Source: Candidatus Dormiibacterota bacterium (lineage in GTDB: Bacteria > Chloroflexota > Dormibacteria > Aeolococcales > Aeolococcaceae). From it: a DNA stretch of 64,000 nt. The first letter of the stretch is position 1; each line of letters opens with the position of its first letter. Made by a program: the position numbers and the translations under genes. This document shows, piece by piece, positions 11,446 through 19,085 of the stretch. Under the pieces are notes generated by a model. It was not told the origin of the DNA. It made no database searches and worked only from the letters and a program-made list of their open reading frames with translations. The stretch covers positions 77,735-141,734 of the forward strand of contig CAVPXI010000021.1 in the NCBI GenBank assembly GCA_963709585.1, in the 5' to 3' direction.

Positions 11446-13010
11446 CGTCCGCCGGCGGGTTCCGCGACGGCGGCACGCACCGGCACCAGCTGAGCCGGCG
11501 CGGTGGCGGTGGCGGTCGTCTCCCGGATCACGGTCACCTTGATCACCCCCGGATATTGCATCTCGGATTCGATCTCCCGGGCGATCTCGCTGGTCAGCGG
11601 CGGCATGTCCGTGTCCTTGACCTGCGACGCCTTGACGAACACGCGAAGCTCTCGACCGGCCTGGAGCGGAAACGCGCGGTCAACTCCATCGTGACGCGTG
11701 GCGATCGTCTGCAGCTGTTCGAGGCGGAGCAGGTAGGTCGCCAGCGTGTCGCGCCGGGCGCCGGGGCGGGACGCGGAGATCGCATCCGCGCAGATCGTGA
11801 GCATCGCGAGGTCGGTTGACGGTTCCTCGTCGAAGTGGTGGGCCTTGACCGCATGGACGATGCCCGGGTCGACGCCGAGCACCCTGAGCAGCTCGCCGCC
11901 GATGATCGCGTGCACCCCCTCGACGTCGTGGTCGACCGCCTTCCCGATGTCGTGGAGCATTCCGGCTTCGCGGGCCGCACTCTGAGGCAAACCCAGTTCG
12001 GCGGCGAGGACGCCGCAGAGATGCCCGGTCTCCTCGCAGTGCAGGAGCGCGTTCTGCCCGTACGAGAAGCGGTGGTGGAGGGTGCCCACCAGCTCGGCGA
12101 GCTCGGGACGACCCTCGATCTGCATGACCCACAGCGCACGCTCACCGACCTCGACGACGCGGCGCTGGGTGGTGCGACGCGCCCGCTGGATGAGCGGGGG
12201 GACCTCGGCCGCCTGCATGCGACGGTCGACGACCTCGAGAGCGGCCTGGCGCGCGATCTCGCGTCCGATCGGATCCACGGTCCGCAGCGTCGCCTGGTGC
12301 TTCTCGGTGTCGATGCCGAGCTCCGCGCCCGTCTGCTCGGCGATCACCGCGAGCGCCGAGAGCACGCGCTCCTGCGCGTGGTCGTCGAGACCTTCGAGCG
12401 AGAAGGGAGAGATCCTTGGCGCGCTGTCGACGTTGGAGGCGTCCTGCCGCTCCACCGCCTGCAGGATCAGGTCGTTCGCGCTCGTCTCGACCCGATCGCC
12501 GACGATGTCCGCGACCGTCGCCTCGACGAGGGCGGCTCGCTCCGCGGCGAGCTCAGACTGAACCCGCTCCAGCACCATCAGGGCAGCGGCGTCGCGGTCG
12601 AGCGCAGCCTTGGCGCGCAGGTTCTCCTCGATCTGAGCACCCTGCTCGGCGACGCGCGCACGCCGTTCCTCGATCTCGTCGCGGCGCTTGCGATAGGCGA
12701 AGCGGCGCTCGTCGAAGATCTCGCGGCGCTCCCGGAGATGCTTGTGGCGCTCGGCGATGACCGCCTCCCGGCCCTCGACCGCGACCAGCCGTTCGTTGAC
12801 CTCTTCCATGGCCGCTTCGTGCAGGTGCAACGCGGCGGTGCGGGCCTCGGCGATCAGCGTGCCGGCGGACTGGTTGGCGTCGGTCAGGCTGGGGCTGACC
12901 AAAGGCGCCGGCGAGCTTTCCCCGGGTCCTCGGCGCGCATTGAGCACGGCGATCGCGCCGACGGCGGCCAGAATCACGGCGATGACGATCAGGACGGCTG
13001 GGATGGTCAT
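11379..13010 (-). CDS. rny: Ribonuclease Y-like protein (TM, coiled coil, degenerate KH, HD)
   Basis: SYGQNALLH, HDIGKA, DAISASRPGARR, QAGRELRV, YPGVIKVTVIRE. Confidence 0.85.
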   Translation of the reverse strand: MTIPAVLIVIAVILAAVGAIAVLNARRGPGESSPAPLVSPSLTDANQSAGTLIAEARTAALHLHEAAMEEVNERLVAVEGREAVIAERHKHLRERREIFDERRFAYRKRRDEIEERRARVAEQGAQIEENLRAKAALDRDAAALMVLERVQSELAAERAALVEATVADIVGDRVETSANDLILQAVERQDASNVDSAPRISPFSLEGLDDHAQERVLSALAVIAEQTGAELGIDTEKHQATLRTVDPIGREIARQAALEVVDRRMQAAEVPPLIQRARRTTQRRVVEVGERALWVMQIEGRPELAELVGTLHHRFSYGQNALLHCEETGHLCGVLAAELGLPQSAAREAGMLHDIGKAVDHDVEGVHAIIGGELLRVLGVDPGIVHAVKAHHFDEEPSTDLAMLTICADAISASRPGARRDTLATYLLRLEQLQTIATRHDGVDRAFPLQAGRELRVFVKASQVKDTDMPPLTSEIAREIESEMQYPGVIKVTVIRETTATATAPAQLVPVRAAVAEPAGGRQEASADDLPDGEEDTASDDES

Positions 13011-13035
13011 GGGTTGAGGAGCTATCGGGGGACGG

Positions 13036-13950
13036 TCAGGCGCTGACCGCCAGGTCGAATGGGTCGCTTGCCTCGGCGATGAGCCGCTGGGCGAAGAGGT
13101 TGGCGGCGGGAGGCAGGGTGCGTCGCCGGTCCCAGCAGAGGGCCATGGTACGCGCGATGGGCGGATCGCGAAGCGGGATCACCGCCACCCGGGTGCTCGG
13201 TACCGGCAGCGGCATGGGCATGAGCGTCGTGCCCAGACCGGCCTCGACCAGCCCCTGGACGATCGTGAAGTCGTCCCCCTCGTAGGCGACGTGGGTGGTC
13301 AACCCCTGGGCGGCGAAGGCGGAGTCGATCACCCGCCGGAGCCCGCTTCGGGATCGGGGCAGGATCAGGGGCTCACCGGCGACGTCCTCGAGGGTGCACG
13401 AACTCCGCCCCACCAGGCGGTGGTTGGTCGGGACCACGACGGCGACGCGCTCCCGGAAGAGGGGATGGATCTCGAGGTCGGCGACCCCGGTTGGCGGCGG
13501 CCCGAGGATGCCGAGGTCGTAGTCGCCGCCAAGGACGCCGCTCATGACCTCTGCGGCCGTGCCCTCCTCGAGGGTGAAGCGGACTGCCGGATAGCTCTCG
13601 AGGAATCGGGCGAGGCGCTCCGGAAGCCAGCGCGCGCCGACGGTGTGGAGGAACGCCACGCAGACCCGGCCGCTCTCGGCCGCCACTGCTCCCTCGGCTT
13701 CGGCGATGGCGTCGCGCAGGTCGTCGAGGATGCGCTCGGCACGCCCGACGAGGCGCCGCCCGGCCTGGGTCAGGCGGATGTTCCGGCCGATCCGTTCGAA
13801 GAGCAGCACCCCGACCTCCTGTTCCAGCCGGGCGATCTTTCGGGATACCGTTGATTGATCAGCCTGCAGCGCTTCGGCCGCGCGGCTGAGATGTTCGACT
13901 TTGGCGACTTCGACAAAAGTGCGGAGAAGATCGGCATTGATGCGGTCCAT
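13036..13950 (-). CDS. LysR-family transcriptional regulator
   Basis: LysR HTH (SRAAEAL...QSTVSRKIARLEQEVG.LLFER) plus substrate-binding domain. Confidence 0.95.
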   Translation of the reverse strand: MDRINADLLRTFVEVAKVEHLSRAAEALQADQSTVSRKIARLEQEVGVLLFERIGRNIRLTQAGRRLVGRAERILDDLRDAIAEAEGAVAAESGRVCVAFLHTVGARWLPERLARFLESYPAVRFTLEEGTAAEVMSGVLGGDYDLGILGPPPTGVADLEIHPLFRERVAVVVPTNHRLVGRSSCTLEDVAGEPLILPRSRSGLRRVIDSAFAAQGLTTHVAYEGDDFTIVQGLVEAGLGTTLMPMPLPVPSTRVAVIPLRDPPIARTMALCWDRRRTLPPAANLFAQRLIAEASDPFDLAVSA

Positions 13951-13958
13951 GCATCAAT
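13936..13958. promoter_or_regulatory. Putative LysR binding site (T-N11-A dyad) over the lysR start codon
   Basis: Perfect inverted repeat ATTGATGC-N7-GCATCAAT between divergent genes. Confidence 0.7.
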
Positions 13959-13970
13959 CTCACCCTAAAT

Positions 13971-14495
13971 GTGCTGTTGATGTCAATGAGCACACCGGGT
14001 AGGCTAGGCAACGTGATACGAGAACCCGAGGTACTGGATCGTAGTCAGGTAGTCGACCCGGGGCTTCTCATCGAGAGCGCCACCGAAGAGGTGCACGCCG
14101 CCCGCCGCAGGCATCGCCGCGAGGTTGTCGAGCGGACCCGTCTGCGCCGGCTGGTCGAGCGGGTCGACAGCGCAATCGAGCTCTGCGAGGAAACCCACCT
14201 CCAGGGCATCAAAGAGGTCCCCTCGGATGTCGCGGAACGGGCGCACAAGGTGTTCGTCTTCGCACGCGGCGCCGTCCGGAAGACCGGCGACGTCGACGCA
14301 CTCTCCACGGTCGAGACAGCCCTCGCGCGCCGTCAGGTCAAGATCACCGAGGTCATGGACATCCTCTGGACGATTCAGGAGGTCGTGTTCGACCTGATGC
14401 TCCCCTGGCGGACGCAGCTTCCCGAGGATGTCGAGCCCGAGGGCGACGAGGCGTCGTTGGTGGGTTTCTGGAGAGAGTTCCGCCTCCACCCGTAA
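13971..14495 (+). CDS. Hypothetical helical protein divergent from lysR (similar to 59599..59892)
   Basis: Genome-typical codon usage; start uncertain. Confidence 0.7.
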   Translation: MLLMSMSTPGRLGNVIREPEVLDRSQVVDPGLLIESATEEVHAARRRHRREVVERTRLRRLVERVDSAIELCEETHLQGIKEVPSDVAERAHKVFVFARGAVRKTGDVDALSTVETALARRQVKITEVMDILWTIQEVVFDLMLPWRTQLPEDVEPEGDEASLVGFWREFRLHP

Positions 14496-14511
14496 ACGCC
14501 ACAATCCGCGG

Positions 14512-15810
14512 ATGGAGTCGCGAGTTGCGGTCGATCGGATGGTGGTCACGGGGCATCGGATCGATGTTCCGCTGGACTGGAATGAGCCTTCGGGGGCGAC
14601 GATCAGTGTCCATGCGCGCGAAGTTGTCGCGGCGGAGCATGCGGATGATGCGAAGCGTCCGGCGATCGTGTGGTTTCAGGGCGGCCCGGGACACGAGGTC
14701 GCGTTTCCTGATCAGCGTGGGAGCTGGCTCGCGCAGCTGTTGACGCGGTATCGGGTGCTGCTGCTCGACCAGCGAGGCACGGGGTTGAGCACACCGCTCG
14801 AGGCACGTTCGCTGCCGTTCTCCGACCCGGTGGCGTTGGGTGACTACCTGCGCAACTTCCGCCAGGACTCGATCGTGCGCGACGCTGATCGTCTGCGCGC
14901 GGTTCTCTATGGAGCGGACACGGACTGGTATGTCTTCGGACAGAGCTTCGGTGGATTTTGCTCGCTGACATATCTGTCGCTGCTGCCCGAGCACATCCGG
15001 GGGGTGATCATCACCGGCGGCTTCGCTCCAGTGCTGAATGAGACCGAGGAGATCTGTACCCGGCTGTTCAATCACGTGGCCACCCGCAACGCGGACTACT
15101 ACGCACGCTTTCCCGATGACGCAGCGCGGGTGCGCCGGATCGTCGATCATCTCGAGACCGGCAACGAGGTCGACGGGCGGGGCCAGCAACTCAGCGCGCG
15201 CCGCTTTCTCATGCTCGGTATCAAGCTCGGTCTCCAGCACGGGGCTGCCGAGCTGCACGGCATCATCGAGCGCGCCGACAACGATCTCGAACAGCTGCGC
15301 ACGCTCAGCGGCGTCGTCCACGCGCATGTCGCTGCGACGATGTCACCTGCGACGAATCCCATCTACACGGTGCTGCACGAAGCCGCGTACTCCAACGGCC
15401 CGGCGACGCGCTGGGCGGCGGAGCGTGCGCGGCTCGCCGATCCGCGCTACGCCCTCGACGCGCAACCGGTGCCGTACTTCACGGGGGAGGCCGTGTTCCC
15501 GTGGATGCTGGACGAACTTCGCGAGCTGCAGCCGCTGCGCGACGTCGCCGACGTGCTGGCGGAGCATGAGGGCTGGCCGCGCCTCTATGACATACCGCGA
15601 CTGCGGGCGAACACCGTCCCTGTTGTCGGCACCGTGTACTGGGACGACGAGTATGTGGAGCGGACCATGGCGCTCGAGACGGTTTCGCTGCTGGGCAACT
15701 GCCGTCCGTGGATCACCAACGAGTACGAGCACGGTGCGTATCGCGTCGACCCTTCGCGCGTGGCCGATCGGCTGTTCTCGATGCTCGATGACCTCACCGC
15801 ACGCGGGTAG
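14512..15810 (+). CDS. Proline iminopeptidase-like alpha/beta hydrolase
   Basis: FQGGPG, LLDQRGTGLS, GQSFGGF, WITNEYEH. Confidence 0.88.
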   Translation: MESRVAVDRMVVTGHRIDVPLDWNEPSGATISVHAREVVAAEHADDAKRPAIVWFQGGPGHEVAFPDQRGSWLAQLLTRYRVLLLDQRGTGLSTPLEARSLPFSDPVALGDYLRNFRQDSIVRDADRLRAVLYGADTDWYVFGQSFGGFCSLTYLSLLPEHIRGVIITGGFAPVLNETEEICTRLFNHVATRNADYYARFPDDAARVRRIVDHLETGNEVDGRGQQLSARRFLMLGIKLGLQHGAAELHGIIERADNDLEQLRTLSGVVHAHVAATMSPATNPIYTVLHEAAYSNGPATRWAAERARLADPRYALDAQPVPYFTGEAVFPWMLDELRELQPLRDVADVLAEHEGWPRLYDIPRLRANTVPVVGTVYWDDEYVERTMALETVSLLGNCRPWITNEYEHGAYRVDPSRVADRLFSMLDDLTARG

Positions 15811-15814
15811 GCGC

Positions 15815-16285
15815 TCAGAGATCCTTCTTCATCCGGATCGACGTTTCGCGATAGCCGAGGCTTAGGTATAGGTCCCGGGCAACCTTGTTGTGGCCGAACA
15901 CGTTGAGCGCCAGCGCGCGTAGCCCGTACCGCTTCGCCTCCTCCTCCGCGAGTTGCATCGCCTCGCGTCCGTAGCCGCGCCCCCGGAAAGTCTCGTCCAC
16001 CTCGATGTTGTAGATGAAGCCCACACCTACGTCGCCTAATGGGTGCTGTAGCGAGAGCCAGAGCCAGCCCACCGCCTGGTTCTCGACGTCCAGGCGGAAG
16101 ATCAACTGTCCAGGAGTGTCGAGTCCTTGAGGCAAGACCTCCGCGTCTTCGCGTCGCGCTTGTTCCTCAGCGACGGCGCGACTGAGGCCTCCCGACGCGA
16201 CGATCTCGTCGATGTATCCCTCGAGTTCCTGCACTGACCAGGCAGCGTACTCATCGGGCGTGGGACGGCGAAGGGTGACGTTCAT
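15815..16285 (-). CDS. GNAT acetyltransferase
   Basis: FRGRGYG motif A, LNVFGHN..ARDLY..LGY. Confidence 0.9.
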   Translation of the reverse strand: MNVTLRRPTPDEYAAWSVQELEGYIDEIVASGGLSRAVAEEQARREDAEVLPQGLDTPGQLIFRLDVENQAVGWLWLSLQHPLGDVGVGFIYNIEVDETFRGRGYGREAMQLAEEEAKRYGLRALALNVFGHNKVARDLYLSLGYRETSIRMKKDL

Positions 16286-16493
16286 CGCGCTGCTCCATTC
16301 CTTTCCCTATGCGCTCGTCGTCGCGGATGCGGATTCGAGGCGGGGCGATGATAGCCATCTGACTGCACAAGATGCGAGCACCTTCGACCGGCCGCCCACA
16401 TTGCCAAGGTGTTGAGCGCATATCGGTTGTCGTCGTCTTCGTGATCTGCGCAAGCAACTGGCGCCGCATGCGGTCGGTATCTTGCCGCTGGAG

Positions 16494-16514
16494 CGAACAT
16501 CTGTTTGCTATAAT
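16494..16514 (+). promoter_or_regulatory. LexA (SOS) box overlapping an extended -10 promoter
   Basis: CGAACATCTGTTTG-C-TATAAT, ATG 6 nt downstream (leaderless). Confidence 0.8.
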
Positions 16515-16520
16515 ATTCAA

Positions 16521-17486
16521 ATGCAAAACCTCGGCGCTGTTGAACTTCAGGAGCGCGTCGGCGTGCTTGCGGCGCGCATCAACGCCGCTACAGCGGAACT
16601 GGTACAGCTGAGCGCAAACCTCGACACCGGCCCGTGGGCGGAAATCGGCGTGCGGTCGTGCGCGCATTGGCTGTCGATCAACATCGGGTGCGACGTCTGG
16701 AACGGTGGAGAGATGGTTCGCGCGGGCCACGCACTCGAGGAACTCCCGGTGCTCAAAGCCGCATTCGCAGAGGGCCGGTTGTCCTTTGACAAGGTCCGAG
16801 CCGTCACGAAAGTCGCGACGCCAGACGATGACGAGATGTGGTGCCTAGTGGCACTGCACGCGTCCGGAGCTCAGCTCGCGCGCATCTGCCGAGGTGTCAA
16901 GCAGGCGCTTGATGCCGATGATCCTCGCCGCGCCGGCGACGCCCTTCTCAACCGCCGGCGTCCGGACGTGGTGGCGTGACGACGGAATGTTGCAGTTGAT
17001 GGCTGTGCTTCCCCGCGAAGACGGTGCCGTGGTCGTGGCTGCGCTCGAGGCGGCGGCACACCTGGTCGCGACGGAACAACGGCACGTCCCCTCTCCGGAT
17101 CAACCGGAACTCGCTGCCGAGCACCGCACGCATCCGATGCTGCGCGCAGACGCTCTGTTTCGCCTGTGCGAGACGTGGATCGTGGCGGATGCAACTGTCC
17201 CGGTTGTCGCGCCCACGACGCAGGTCGTCGTCCACGTCGACGCTGACGCGTTGAGCGGCAATTTCACCGGTGGGCGGTCGCACATTGAGAACGGTCCGTG
17301 GCTCTCGCCTGCCGCGGCGCGGTGGCTCAGTTGCGACGCGGACGTCGTCACCGTGACCGAGCGCGATGGGCTGCCCCCCGCGATGGCGGTGCGCCGTACA
17401 GCCGGGAGTACGCCGTGTCGGCGCTCGCGGACGCCTGTGTCTTTGTGCGTGCCGCCGGCGCGGCGGCAAGAGCGGGTCCGGCGTAG
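16521..17486 (+). pseudogene. DUF222 (13E12-like) protein, frameshifted and lacking the HNH domain
   Basis: SCAHWLS, ALEELP..AAFAEGRLSFDKVR, RADAL, VVVHVD, RWLSCDA; shifts near 16955 and 17375; no RDxGC/HH HNH motif. Confidence 0.75.
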
Positions 17487-17507
17487 TCTGGCCGCGGCGC
17501 GGCGATC

Positions 17508-19073
17508 CTAAGAGAAGTCTTTGAGCCGTCCCCACAATTCCGGGAGCGGGCGGTTGAGCGTGCAGAACGTCACCGGCGCGCCTTGTTCGAGATTCACGAC
17601 TTCGTACGGCACGACGAGATGCGTAACGAGCTTCGTGGACGTGCACATCCAGGCGAGGTCGGACGGTGCGTAGCCGACCATGAGCGCATCGGTTGCAGCG
17701 AGATCCTTCGGAAGCCAGTACCAGTCACTGAGCTGAGGACTGAAGCTCGCCGGAAGCAGCTTCGGGTTGCCGAAGATCTGGAGCGCACCGGCGACGCCGT
17801 AATCGGACGAGACGATGACCGTCGTGGCGCGCTGGGCGGGGGAAAGCGCCCCATAGATCGCCGTCAACTGGTTGGTGATCTCGGGCCAGCCGACGGTGGA
17901 AGCGAGGTCGGTATCCAGCGTGTCGAGGCCGGTCGCGTGGAACTGATCCGCTGGCGTCAGTGGGATGGTGATCTTCGCGAGGCTGACCAGTCCGACCAGG
18001 CTCGCGACCACCACCGCGACTGCCAGCCCAGACCGAAGCCGTGGCCGTTTGACGTTCGACAGCGCAATGAGGCCGGCGGCCATGACGATGGGGATGGTCG
18101 GTCCCGGGTAGTAGTACTTCCCGACCAAGAGGTAGACGACCATCGGCGTCGCACACGCGATCCCAATCGGGCGGATGCGTGCGTTGCCGAACAGTGAGAT
18201 GAAGCCGGCGATCCAGAGCGGCGTGAGCAGGAAGAGAAGGACCAGGAAAAAGACAATGAAGTCAGTAACTCCACCACCGGACTGGATCGCTGCCGTGTGA
18301 TTCGAGATGTATACGAGCGTCGGAAAGCCATTCGCGATCTGCCACACGACGTTTGGCATCCAGATGATCAGCGCCAGTGCCGCCCCGATCCAGGGATACC
18401 TCGTGCTGAGATCCTTGCGCAGTGACGGCGTGAGAAGGACCGCGAGTCCGATGCCGGCGATGAGCGGGAGGATGAGGTACTTGATCTCGAGGCCGACGCC
18501 GAGGGTGATGCCGAGCAGGATCCAGGTGCGGGGCTTCCGATCGATGACGATCGAGAGGAACCAGTAGAGCGAGAGCATCCAGGCGAGCTGGTCGAAGACC
18601 ACGGTCTGGAAGAGATACGTGCCGAGGATGAGCGGCTCGGTGACCCCGGCGAGCATCGCGAGCGCCTGAAAACCCAGCGAGCCGCCGAGCTTGCGGACGT
18701 AGGCGCCGCAGAGGATGACGTTGACGCCGCCGAGGAGTGCCGGGATCAGCCGCAGCGCCCATGGCGTGATCCCAAGCACCGTTGTCTCAAGCCTGCCGAC
18801 GAGGGGGACGATCGGCGGGTAATCCACATACCCGAAGGCGGCGTGCTGGCCGCTCGCCAGGTAATAGAGCTCGTCGATGTGGAACCCGAGATTGCCATTG
18901 GTCGCGAGGTGGAGGGCGATGAGGCAACCCGCGGCAACCCCATAGACAAGGAGCATGGCAAGACGCGGCTGTTGCTTCGCGACCCGCGTGACGCCTCTCA
19001 AGAAATGGTCACGAGCGGGTTTCTGTCGACGGGGTTCGCGCTGCAGCGGTTGGTCTGTAGCTGACACACCCAA
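17508..19073 (-). CDS. Glycosyltransferase family 39 (ArnT/PMT-like) membrane protein
   Basis: GFHIDELYY, GYVDYPP, many TM segments. Confidence 0.85.
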   Translation of the reverse strand: MGVSATDQPLQREPRRQKPARDHFLRGVTRVAKQQPRLAMLLVYGVAAGCLIALHLATNGNLGFHIDELYYLASGQHAAFGYVDYPPIVPLVGRLETTVLGITPWALRLIPALLGGVNVILCGAYVRKLGGSLGFQALAMLAGVTEPLILGTYLFQTVVFDQLAWMLSLYWFLSIVIDRKPRTWILLGITLGVGLEIKYLILPLIAGIGLAVLLTPSLRKDLSTRYPWIGAALALIIWMPNVVWQIANGFPTLVYISNHTAAIQSGGGVTDFIVFFLVLLFLLTPLWIAGFISLFGNARIRPIGIACATPMVVYLLVGKYYYPGPTIPIVMAAGLIALSNVKRPRLRSGLAVAVVVASLVGLVSLAKITIPLTPADQFHATGLDTLDTDLASTVGWPEITNQLTAIYGALSPAQRATTVIVSSDYGVAGALQIFGNPKLLPASFSPQLSDWYWLPKDLAATDALMVGYAPSDLAWMCTSTKLVTHLVVPYEVVNLEQGAPVTFCTLNRPLPELWGRLKDFS

Positions 19074-19085
19074 CGGCGCCGACGA

